Assembly (NCBI GenBank): GCA_963768835.1
Contig: CAVYJB010000002.1
Coordinates: forward strand, 459,082-523,081
DNA length: 64,000 nt
Source of the DNA: an uncultured bacterium
GTDB lineage: Bacteria > Patescibacteriota > Minisyncoccia > UBA6257 > GWB1-50-10
Direction: 5' to 3'
Both the position numbers and the translations under genes were made by a program. The notes under the pieces are model-generated. The model was not told the origin of the DNA. It made no database searches and saw only the letters and a program-made list of their open reading frames with translations. How positions within the stretch are numbered: position 1 is the first letter of the stretch; each line of letters opens with the position of its first letter. This document shows positions 20,875-29,357 of this stretch, piece after piece.

Positions 20875-21315
20875 CTATTCCCCGCTTTCTTCTGCAGAGG
20901 CGGATGAAGAGAAAATAGTGAACACGACGATGTCGATGACGAGCCATGCGAGGGTTCCGATGAGGAAAGCGCGGATACACCAGCCCCACCCCTCGTCGGT
21001 CAAGAGCCGGATGCCGTTGATCCCGAAAAAGGCCCAAGCGGCGACGGCCCAGAGCTTCCGCATTGAGATGTTGGGCGTGAGGGGTTCCCAAACGAGAACC
21101 GCAAAGAGTAGAGGCCACGCAACGAATTTGAAGAAGGAATCCTTAAGGAACCACCAAAATCGATGTGTAGCGGATGGCGCGCCGGGCTTGTGCATGTCGC
21201 TCAAGGTGCTTACGCAGAAGGGCATGAGGAGTAAGAATAAGATGCTGAGGATGGTCTGCATGCGACACCTCTCTTTGGCTGTGGATGGAAATAGTTCTGG
21301 ATTTACAGTACTCAT
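20875..21315 (-). CDS. Hypothetical integral membrane protein
   Basis: About four hydrophobic segments; fills the rpoD-alaS gap; start codon uncertain. Confidence 0.55.
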   Translation of the reverse strand: MSTVNPELFPSTAKERCRMQTILSILFLLLMPFCVSTLSDMHKPGAPSATHRFWWFLKDSFFKFVAWPLLFAVLVWEPLTPNISMRKLWAVAAWAFFGINGIRLLTDEGWGWCIRAFLIGTLAWLVIDIVVFTIFSSSASAEESGE

Positions 21316-21387
21316 TTAGAACATTTTCGTCAAGATGGCGTTGCCCTAGATGGAACTTTCTTGAGAACGGCGGTACAATGCAAAATC

Positions 21388-23148
21388 ATGACCTCGGCGG
21401 ACCTTCGGGAAAAATATATCGAATTTTTTAAGAGCAAGGGGCATACTCCCATCCCTTCGGCGTCACTTATTCCCGAGAACGACTCGACAGTGCTCTTTAC
21501 GACCGCGGGGATGCATCCCTTAGTTCCGTACCTTCTAGGTGGCGTGCATCCAGGCGGGAAGCGTCTCGTCTCGGTCCAGAAGTGCATTCGTACAGGCGAC
21601 ATAGATGAGGTGGGCGATGACGTACACCTCACTTTCTTTGAAATGCTGGGGAACTGGTCTCTCGGTGATTACTGGAAAAAAGAAGCCATTGCTTTTAGCT
21701 TCGAGTTTCTGACAAAAGAATTGAGACTCCCTATTGAAAAACTTGCGGTATCTTGCTTCGCGGGCGACGCGGATGCGCCGCGTGACGAAGAATCGGCGAC
21801 CATCTGGGAATCACTCGGCATCCCACACGAGCGCATCTATTTCTTCGGGAAAAGGGATAACTGGTGGGGGCCAGCGGGGGAGACGGGGCCCTGCGGACCG
21901 GATACGGAAATGTTTTACTGGACGGGCGCTGGGGAGCCTGAACCGCTTACGACTGGTGATAACAAGGAAAAGTGGGTGGAGATTTGGAATGACGTCTTCA
22001 TGCAGTACAACAAAACGACTGCAGGGGCTTTCGAACCTCTGAAGCAGAGGAACGTGGACACTGGTATGGGTCTCGAGCGGACCGTCGCGGTGGTGAACCA
22101 GCAGGACGTTTTCTCCATCGATACGCTTGCGCCGCTCGTTGAAGAGATTGAGAAGCTTTCGTTGAAGAGATACGCCGATGGAGGCGAGACAGCGCGCGCA
22201 ATGCGTATTGTTATAGACCACCTCCGTGCCGCCACGTTCATCCTCGGCGATGAAAGAGGGGTGGCGCCCTCCAATGTCGGCCAGGGGTATGTTCTTCGAC
22301 GCCTTATTCGTCGCGCGGTGCGGTACTGGAAAACACTAGGCATCACCGTGACCCCGTTTTCTCCGCTGCTAGCCCAAAAAATAATTAATATATTTGGCGA
22401 ACAATATCCAGAACTCAGGAATAATCAGGCGCGGATTCAAGGCGAGCTTGTGATGGAAGAACAGAAGTTTGCGGTGGCGCTTGAGAAGGGGATTCGAGAA
22501 TTCTCTCGTCTCGCTCATGTGGACGGTAAGGTGGCCTTCGATCTCTATCAGTCTTACGGGTTCCCCCTAGAGTTTACCGAGGAGCTTTCCCGGGAACGCG
22601 GGTTTGCTATTGATAAAAAGATCTTTGAAGAAGAGTTCCGGAAGCATCAGGAGCTCTCGCGCACGGCATCTGCCGGCCAGTTCAAAGGAGGTCTTGCCGA
22701 CCATTCTGAGACTGTGGTGAAATTGCACACTGCGACACACCTTCTCCATCAAGCACTCATCGATGTTCTGGGAGGTACCGTGGATCAGAAGGGTTCAAAT
22801 ATTACGACAGAGCGTCTCCGATTCGACTTTGCTTGTCCGCGGAAACTGACGCCGGAGGAATTAAAGAAAGTCGAGAACATTGTGAATGAAAATATCATGA
22901 AGGACCTGCCGGTGCGCTTTGAGCTTCTCACGGTCGAGCAAGCGAAAGCGCGGGGCGCCATTGGTATTTTCGAGGATAAGTATGCCCAATTGGGCGACAA
23001 AGTGAAGGTTTACTTTGTGGGGGAGTACTCGAAAGAGATTTGCGGTGGCCCGCACGTGGAACACACGGGTGAGATCGGGAGTTTCAAGATCGTGAAAGAG
23101 GAGGCGGTAGCGGCGGGGGTCCGGCGCATCAAGGCGACCGTGGGATAG
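21388..23148 (+). CDS. alaS: Alanine--tRNA ligase (short form, no C-Ala domain)
   Basis: LFTTAGM, HLTFFEMLGNWS, DTGMGLER, editing HTATHLL...EICGGPHV, ends GVRRIKA. Confidence 0.96.
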   Translation: MTSADLREKYIEFFKSKGHTPIPSASLIPENDSTVLFTTAGMHPLVPYLLGGVHPGGKRLVSVQKCIRTGDIDEVGDDVHLTFFEMLGNWSLGDYWKKEAIAFSFEFLTKELRLPIEKLAVSCFAGDADAPRDEESATIWESLGIPHERIYFFGKRDNWWGPAGETGPCGPDTEMFYWTGAGEPEPLTTGDNKEKWVEIWNDVFMQYNKTTAGAFEPLKQRNVDTGMGLERTVAVVNQQDVFSIDTLAPLVEEIEKLSLKRYADGGETARAMRIVIDHLRAATFILGDERGVAPSNVGQGYVLRRLIRRAVRYWKTLGITVTPFSPLLAQKIINIFGEQYPELRNNQARIQGELVMEEQKFAVALEKGIREFSRLAHVDGKVAFDLYQSYGFPLEFTEELSRERGFAIDKKIFEEEFRKHQELSRTASAGQFKGGLADHSETVVKLHTATHLLHQALIDVLGGTVDQKGSNITTERLRFDFACPRKLTPEELKKVENIVNENIMKDLPVRFELLTVEQAKARGAIGIFEDKYAQLGDKVKVYFVGEYSKEICGGPHVEHTGEIGSFKIVKEEAVAAGVRRIKATVG

Positions 23149-23230
23149 CGAGAAGATTGACATCCACAACCGATTCTGGCAGCGTTACTTTAGAAAGTGC
23201 TTTCACAAACAGCGATGGGAGGAGGATGCC

Positions 23231-23644
23231 ATGCGGACCATAGTCGGTTCCGTTCTGCTCTGTCTCTGGGGTACGGCTGGCTGTTCGATTTTTGACGCTG
23301 CTCCGGCGTCCGAGGAGAGCATCGGGAGTTTTCTTATTAGTGTCGGTGCCGCTTCCAGTCAACAGGTCGTGGATCATCTGGAGTTGAGCGCCTTTGAGCA
23401 GGAAGACCTTATCAGCAAGGGGACCTACGAATGTCTCGCGGCGCTTCTGTGCAGTGCGGACACCATCTTCGGGATCCAAAAGCGCTTCGTTAACCACCCT
23501 GAGGTTGTGAGCGCCGATGAACTCCGGAGCGCCTGGATGGAGTTAACGAGAGTCGGTAAGGCTCAGAAAGTTTTCAACGAGGAATTCCTGGGCGTTCTTG
23601 AATCCATCCGAGGGGCACGGATAAGCGGGCTCCGCCATGTATGA
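23231..23644 (+). CDS. Hypothetical lipoprotein-like protein
   Basis: GGAGGAGG SD; hydrophobic N-terminus with TAGC lipobox-like motif. Confidence 0.55.
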   Translation: MRTIVGSVLLCLWGTAGCSIFDAAPASEESIGSFLISVGAASSQQVVDHLELSAFEQEDLISKGTYECLAALLCSADTIFGIQKRFVNHPEVVSADELRSAWMELTRVGKAQKVFNEEFLGVLESIRGARISGLRHV

Positions 23645-23708
23645 ATTCCGGTCCCCGATGCCAAACAATGGCATCGGGGACCAACTGTTTTTGAGTTATA
23701 CTATTTCC

Positions 23709-24239
23709 ATGCAAACATTCATGCGCAAGGAACTGGCGCGGGCACTCAAGCAAGGAGCCGTCGGCGTGCTCCCGACCGATACGCTCTATGGCCTTGTGGC
23801 CTCCGCGCTTGATCGCCAAGCGGTGGAACGGGTTTACCATTTAAGAAAACGGAACCCAAAGAAGCCCTGCATCATCCTCATTGCATCAGGGCACGATCTT
23901 GCGCGATTCGGTATCCGAATACCTGCCCGCGCTCGAACGGTTCTCCGGAAGCTTTGGCCCGGGCCGATAAGCATCGTTCTCCCGTGCTCTGCCGCGAAGT
24001 TCCGGTATCTCCATCGTGGAACGAAGACCCTTGCCTTTCGTATGCCCGCCGAGCCCTGGCTCCAAACATTCCTCAGGGCATCTGGTCCCCTTATCGCGCC
24101 CACGGCGAACCGTGAAGGGGAGCCGCCAGCTCGGACTGCCGCAGCGGCGCGAAGGATCTTCGGCGCGCACATCGATTTCTACATGGACCGCGGATTTCAG
24201 GTGGGCGCGCCTTCCACACTGATTAAAATCCTTCGCTAG
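23709..24239 (+). CDS. tsaC: L-threonylcarbamoyladenylate synthase (TsaC/YrdC domain)
   Basis: PTDTLYGL, KRNPKKP, WPGPISIV, AFRMP, TANREG, PSTLI. Confidence 0.9.
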   Translation: MQTFMRKELARALKQGAVGVLPTDTLYGLVASALDRQAVERVYHLRKRNPKKPCIILIASGHDLARFGIRIPARARTVLRKLWPGPISIVLPCSAAKFRYLHRGTKTLAFRMPAEPWLQTFLRASGPLIAPTANREGEPPARTAAAARRIFGAHIDFYMDRGFQVGAPSTLIKILR

Positions 24240-24254
24240 CGTATAATAAGGACA

Positions 24255-26180
24255 ATGAACCTGGAAACAGGCGAAAACGGAGGCCCGGATAAGGACGTCA
24301 TCTATTTTGGTCGCGCTAACTTTAGGAACGCGAACCGGCTTTTCGGCATCAAGCGAAAAGACCGGCGGCAGCACATGTACATCATCGGGAAGAGCGGTAC
24401 CGGGAAGTCGGTGCTCATTGAGAACATGGTTGTGCAGGACATCGCGAATGGGGAAGGCCTCTGTGTGGTGGATCCGCACGGTGAACTCATCGAACACATT
24501 CTTGCGAAGGTTCCGGTGGACCGCGTGAAAGATGTGGTGTATTTCAATCCTGCCGATCCGGATTACGCGGTGGGATTCAACGTGCTCGAGATCCCGGACC
24601 CGCGGTACAAGCACCTTGTTGCACAGGGGCTGATGGGCATCTTCACGAAGATCTGGTCGAATGTCTGGTCGGCGCGTATGGAATACATCCTGAACAACTC
24701 CATCCTCGCCCTCGTCGACACGCCCGGTTCGACACTTCTCGGCATCCCGCGGCTCCTCGTGGACAAGGAATACCGCCAGAAGGTGGTCTCGAACATCCAG
24801 GATCCCGTCATCAAATCCTTCTGGGTGAACGAATTCGAAGACTGGAAGGATCAGTACCGCATGGAGGCTATTGCGCCTATTCAGAACAAAGTAGGGCAGT
24901 TTCTTTCAACAGCCATCATCCGCAACATCGTAGGGCAATCCAAGAGCACTATCGATATCTTCGACATCATGAACACGTCGAAGATATTCCTCGTGGATGT
25001 CTCGAAGGGGCGTATTGGCGAGGACAACTCAGCGCTCCTCGGCGCCATGATTATCACAAAGATTCAGCTTGCGGCGATGGAGCGGGTGCGTGTGGCGGAG
25101 GAGGAGCGCGTGGATTTCTACCTCTATGTAGACGAGTTCCAGAATTTTGCGACGGACTCCTTTGCAAACATCCTTTCGGAGGCCCGGAAGTATCGGCTGG
25201 ACCTTATCATCGCGAACCAGTACGTGGGGCAGCTCGTGACCGATGTTTCGACTAAGGTGCGCGACGCTATCTTCGGTAACGTCGGGACCGCCGTGGTCTT
25301 CCGCGTCGGAGCGGCGGATGCGGAATTTCTGGAGCCGGAATTCGAGCCTGAGTTTGTCATTCAAGACATCGTGGGCCTTCCGAACTATCACATCTATTTG
25401 AAACTAATGGTGGAGGGGGTTTCCTCGAGGCCCTTTTCAGCGACGACGCTGCCACCTTTCAAGGTCAAAACCTCGGACCGCGTGAAGGAAGAGATCACGG
25501 AATCGTCACGTAAGCTTTACTCGCGCCCGCGTTACGTCGTGGAAGATGAAATACGCTTCTGGACCGGCATGGGGCTCACGGGTGGTTCTTCGGCCCCTGC
25601 GGAAGGCCGGGCGGAGCGGGGACAGGGCTACAGTGGGTATGCGACTGGGCGTGGACGCCCCGGCGGAGGTTATGTGCGGCGTGAACAGCCCCAAGACGTT
25701 GCAGATCTGAGCCATCTCGGCATTGAGTTCTCCCCAAGCGAAGCGGGGCGCGGACCTGCGCCGGTGCGCGCAAGCGCCCCGTCTCCTTCCGTGGCACAAC
25801 AACGTCCACCTTTTCGGGATAGCGGCCCTCCGCGTCCTCAAGGGCCGGTGCCCCGTCCGATAGAGAGCCGGCCTACAGAGAATCGAGAGAGTCGTCCGCA
25901 GGAACGTAACCGTTGGGAGCGTCCGCCGGGCTTCACGCCGGGCCGCCGGCAATCGATCATGCAGAGAGATATTCCCAACGCCACGCCGGCCGAGAATGGA
26001 CCAGTCATGCCTGACAGACCCTCTGGGCCAGCTGCCCCAGCGGCGCCGAGCATCAGTCTCCGCGATCTAAAACCCGAAGAGCGTCACACTATCCAGCCGA
26101 AGGGAGAGCCGAACTTGGATGAACTGCGGAAGGCCTTAAGCTCCGCGCTTGAGAATCTGAAGGACAAACCCGGGGAATAG
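24255..26180 (+). CDS. VirD4/TraG/HerA-like P-loop ATPase with disordered C-terminus
   Basis: DRRQHMYIIGKSGTGKS, DPHG, YLYVDEFQNF, EARKYRL, IFGNVGT; Pro/Arg-rich tail. Confidence 0.9.
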   Translation: MNLETGENGGPDKDVIYFGRANFRNANRLFGIKRKDRRQHMYIIGKSGTGKSVLIENMVVQDIANGEGLCVVDPHGELIEHILAKVPVDRVKDVVYFNPADPDYAVGFNVLEIPDPRYKHLVAQGLMGIFTKIWSNVWSARMEYILNNSILALVDTPGSTLLGIPRLLVDKEYRQKVVSNIQDPVIKSFWVNEFEDWKDQYRMEAIAPIQNKVGQFLSTAIIRNIVGQSKSTIDIFDIMNTSKIFLVDVSKGRIGEDNSALLGAMIITKIQLAAMERVRVAEEERVDFYLYVDEFQNFATDSFANILSEARKYRLDLIIANQYVGQLVTDVSTKVRDAIFGNVGTAVVFRVGAADAEFLEPEFEPEFVIQDIVGLPNYHIYLKLMVEGVSSRPFSATTLPPFKVKTSDRVKEEITESSRKLYSRPRYVVEDEIRFWTGMGLTGGSSAPAEGRAERGQGYSGYATGRGRPGGGYVRREQPQDVADLSHLGIEFSPSEAGRGPAPVRASAPSPSVAQQRPPFRDSGPPRPQGPVPRPIESRPTENRESRPQERNRWERPPGFTPGRRQSIMQRDIPNATPAENGPVMPDRPSGPAAPAAPSISLRDLKPEERHTIQPKGEPNLDELRKALSSALENLKDKPGE

Positions 26181-26224
26181 AGAAGTGAGCGCGTCCCGGG
26201 GTGGATTCCTTGGCAGAGGTTTCT

Positions 26225-26263
26225 AAAAAAGAAACGGCAACTCACCTGGAGCGAGTTGCCGTT
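26225..26263. terminator. Intrinsic terminator between convergent genes
   Basis: aacggcaactc (26233-26243) / gagttgccgtt (26253-26263), with an A-run on the left. Confidence 0.7.
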
Positions 26264-26292
26264 CATTGTAGCAAGAGAATATACACCACCCC

Positions 26293-27069
26293 TCACAGGA
26301 CGAGTTCCTTCGCGCGGCCGAGCGTGTAGTAGTCTCGGGTGAGCTGGTTGAGTTGCGAGAGGCGTTTCTTTGCCATCTCCATGGCAAGCGATCCTTCCTC
26401 CTCTGCTTTTTGAGCCGCGGGGTAGCAGAGGTCGATGGTGACGCATTCGACTCGCTTCCCGTCGGCTTTCGCGAGCATCGGAAGATAGTGCTGGATGTAG
26501 GTATCTTTCACTCCATGCGCAAGGTAAAGAGATTGCGAAAGAAGGTACCGCTCCGCGTACTCAGGCGTGAAGGCGATGGGCCCATGCATAATATCCGCGC
26601 CCTCAATGCCCGTAACCTCGCGAAAGACTAGGTTTCCGATTCCCTCGGATATCACCTGGAATTCCGGATAGGATTTCCATCCCGCTTCACTTCGACCGGC
26701 GATGACGACATCCGCGCGGCCCTCCGCTATGGGTGCGATGATATGCGGGATGCATTCAACAACGCCGTACTTTTCGGGTTCGGTCCATACCATGATCGTG
26801 TTGGAGTGCAAGTGAGTCGGAAGATGGCAAAGGGCGACATCGATGGCCTGCCGTCGCGCCGCTCCCATGGTTTTCCCGGACTGCATAGCGACATTGGCCC
26901 CGAGTCTCATGAACGTGTCCCGAATCAGGGGGACCGGTGATGCATCGACGATATTGATGGGTATCATTGCTTTCCCGGCGGATGCAACAAGCTCTTTTGC
27001 GAACGAGAATCTTGTCTCGTTTATGCCCTTGTAAGACGTGGTTGTTATAATCACAACGGTCGGTTTCAC
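26293..27069 (-). CDS. Putative GT-A fold glycosyltransferase-like protein
   Basis: IVDAS, MGAARRQA, VWTEPEK (in place of DxD), ADVVIAGRS; GAGGT SD before GTG. Confidence 0.6.
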   Translation of the reverse strand: MKPTVVIITTTSYKGINETRFSFAKELVASAGKAMIPINIVDASPVPLIRDTFMRLGANVAMQSGKTMGAARRQAIDVALCHLPTHLHSNTIMVWTEPEKYGVVECIPHIIAPIAEGRADVVIAGRSEAGWKSYPEFQVISEGIGNLVFREVTGIEGADIMHGPIAFTPEYAERYLLSQSLYLAHGVKDTYIQHYLPMLAKADGKRVECVTIDLCYPAAQKAEEEGSLAMEMAKKRLSQLNQLTRDYYTLGRAKELVL

Positions 27070-27110
27070 GAATCACCTCTAGCGTTTGGTGGATGTATAG
27101 ATGAATTGCA

Positions 27111-27152
27111 AAAAACTGCCACCATTGTAGCAGTTTTATAATCTGATGTCAA
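27111..27152 (-). promoter_or_regulatory. Near-consensus sigma70 promoter overlapping the efp terminator hairpin
   Basis: Minus strand TTGACA(27152-27147)-17 nt-TACAAT(27129-27124) with TG extension; aaaactgc/gcagtttt inverted repeat flanks the -10. Confidence 0.75.
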
Positions 27153-27164
27153 TGATTGTTTGCT

Positions 27165-27740
27165 TTAGGCCTTCTCAACCCGTTCTACATACTCGCCAGT
27201 TACTGTACTTACCTTCACGATATCGCCTTCATTGATGAAGAGGGGAACATTCACTTTGGCGCCGGTCTCAAGTGTCACGCTCTTTGTGCCGCCCGTTGCG
27301 GTATCGCCCTTCACGGCCGGCGGCGCTTCGGTAACTTTCAGGTCAACTTTGGGAGGGAGCTCGACGCTGATGGTTTTCTCCTTGAACTTGCATGCCCTCA
27401 CCTCTGTGCCTGCTTTCAAAAACTGCCCCGTGCCGCCTAGAACATCATCCGTAAGGGAAAAACGGTTTTTGGGGTTTCCAATTTCATGGAACCAATATTG
27501 GTCTTTCGAGTGATAGATGAAGACAACAGGCTGTTTCTCTATTTCAACCTCATAGAATGATTCATTTTGATGGGCGGCGTAGTCCTGTACTTTCCCGGAG
27601 AGGAGATTCTTTATCTTCAACTGTGTTACGGGCTTGCGCTGCTGCATCCGAATGAAGGCATAGTCTAGTACCACGTAGGGATCCGGATCCTCGTTCTTCG
27701 TGAAAATAGTACCGACTTTAAGTTCGTTATAGTTCAACAT
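27165..27740 (-). CDS. efp: Elongation factor P
   Basis: LPPKVDLKVTEAPPAVKGDTATGGTKSVTLETGAKVNVPLFINEGD...TGEYVER. Confidence 0.95.
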   Translation of the reverse strand: MLNYNELKVGTIFTKNEDPDPYVVLDYAFIRMQQRKPVTQLKIKNLLSGKVQDYAAHQNESFYEVEIEKQPVVFIYHSKDQYWFHEIGNPKNRFSLTDDVLGGTGQFLKAGTEVRACKFKEKTISVELPPKVDLKVTEAPPAVKGDTATGGTKSVTLETGAKVNVPLFINEGDIVKVSTVTGEYVERVEKA

Positions 27741-27798
27741 TGCGGGGTTCATTGTACCCGACCGAAGAAAATAATCAAGAGTGGGGAAGGAAAAGTAA

Positions 27799-27824
27799 CC
27801 CCGCACCGTGTGAACGGTGCGGGG
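27799..27824. terminator. GC-rich hairpin (terminator of the 27845..28045 gene)
   Basis: ccccgcaccg / cggtgcgggg, 10-bp perfect stem. Confidence 0.65.
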
Positions 27825-27844
27825 TATATGCCGGCCTGGAGAGC

Positions 27845-28045
27845 TCAGACCCCTTTCTCTCGCGCCTCCCTTAAAATCCGTTTCCTGCGCATCTCCTCGA
27901 CCACTACTTTTGTTGCGGCACGACCCCTGTCCTGTTTTTTCGCTCTCCTCGCGAGCTCTTCGCTTACCTTAGCAAGGTAAGCCGCTGCTTCCTTTCGGGT
28001 GGCAATAGGGGTCGGCGTTTCCTTATGAAATAGACATCGTTTCAT
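27845..28045 (-). CDS. Small basic hypothetical protein (66 aa)
   Basis: GAGGT SD before ATG 28045; hairpin downstream; divergent from mnmA. Confidence 0.45.
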   Translation of the reverse strand: MKRCLFHKETPTPIATRKEAAAYLAKVSEELARRAKKQDRGRAATKVVVEEMRRKRILREAREKGV

Positions 28046-28100
28046 ATAGCACCTCGCATTTGTGGGTGAGCTGATTTTACAGTAAAGTTTCGGTACCGGA

Positions 28101-29243
28101 ATGTCAAAAACAGAAGCAAAAAAGGTTTTTGTCGCTATGAGTGGAGGAGTAGATTCCTCTGTTGCGGCGCTGCTGATGAAGAAGGCTGGGTACGACGTGA
28201 CCGGCGTCTTCATGCGTTGCTATAACCTTGACGGTTGTGCCGAGCGGGATGCGGAGGACGCCCGGCGCGTGGCGGACCATCTTGGTATTCCGTTCTACAC
28301 CTTCGATTTCGAGAAAGAATACAAAGCGAAGGTCGTCGAGTATATGATTGCGGGGTATCGGCAGGGGATTACCCCAAATCCGGACGTAATGTGCAATCGT
28401 GAGATAAAGTTCGGGTTATTTCTCACGAAAGCGCTCTCGCTGGGAGCGGAACATGTGGTGACTGGACACTATGTGCGGCTCGGAAAGCACGCTGATCGTT
28501 TTACGCTCCATATCGCGAATGACAAAAACAAGGACCAGAGTTATTTTCTCTGGACGCTTACACAGAAGGAACTCGAGCACTGCCTATTCCCCATCGGCGG
28601 TTATCTGAAAAGTGAGGTACGAGAGATGGCGAGAAAGGCAGAGTTACCGACTGCGGAGAAGAAGGATTCGCAGGGCGTCTGCTTTCTTGGTGATGTGGAC
28701 ATCTTCGATTTCCTGAGAAGGCACATCCCCGAAAAGCGGGGTGATATCGTGGTTGCCCTGCAAGGGATTGGAGGAGTAGTCTACCGCAAGGTGGGGGAGC
28801 ACCGCGGTGTTTGGTTCTATACCATAGGGCAGCGCCACGGTCTCGATCTGCGGGAGCCCGGGAAACTGCTTCGCCGTCGTGGTACAGAACCGACGGGGCC
28901 TTTCTACGTCGCAGCGAAGGATCTCAATACCAACACACTTGTTGTGGCGGAGGGAAACGATGCCCCCGCCCTGTTTCGAACGGAAATCACGCTTGCAGAC
29001 ACGAACTTGATTTCGGGGAATGCTCTGACTTCCGGCTCCAAGCTCTCGGTCCTTGCACGCGTGCGGTATCGGCAACCCGTTTCCGAAGCTATTCTTTCAT
29101 ATTTCAATTCAAACGAATCAATGAAAAATGAAGGTGTGGCAACACTTGTTTTTAAGAAGCCCCAGAAGTTTGTGGCTCCGGGTCAGTCCGCGGTCTTTTA
29201 TGAAGGAAGTGGGGAGATGCTCGGTGGAGGGGTAATCGAATAG
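28101..29243 (+). CDS. mnmA: tRNA-specific 2-thiouridylase
   Basis: AMSGGVDSSV, TPNPDVMCNREIKFG, TGHY, KDQSYFL, KKDSQGVCF, PGQSAVFY. Confidence 0.97.
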   Translation: MSKTEAKKVFVAMSGGVDSSVAALLMKKAGYDVTGVFMRCYNLDGCAERDAEDARRVADHLGIPFYTFDFEKEYKAKVVEYMIAGYRQGITPNPDVMCNREIKFGLFLTKALSLGAEHVVTGHYVRLGKHADRFTLHIANDKNKDQSYFLWTLTQKELEHCLFPIGGYLKSEVREMARKAELPTAEKKDSQGVCFLGDVDIFDFLRRHIPEKRGDIVVALQGIGGVVYRKVGEHRGVWFYTIGQRHGLDLREPGKLLRRRGTEPTGPFYVAAKDLNTNTLVVAEGNDAPALFRTEITLADTNLISGNALTSGSKLSVLARVRYRQPVSEAILSYFNSNESMKNEGVATLVFKKPQKFVAPGQSAVFYEGSGEMLGGGVIE

Positions 29244-29270
29244 CGTCTCCCGCACTCCACGAAATACGAT

Positions 29271-29306
29271 TTATCCACTTATTTTGTGGCTTTTTTCGCG
29301 TATAAT
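29271..29306 (+). promoter_or_regulatory. Putative promoter of the giant gene, with a DnaA-box-like 9-mer
   Basis: TTATCCACT at 29271 (one mismatch to TTATCCACA) and TATAAT at 29301. Confidence 0.5.
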
Positions 29307-29357
29307 GGAGAAGAAGGGCCAACTCGGAATCGATTGGCCGCTTTCACGTCATAAAAA

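Noticed and set aside
24255-26180. Conjugative element/ICE
   Set aside because: No relaxase, integrase, VirB genes or boundary repeats; neighbours are housekeeping or orphan genes.
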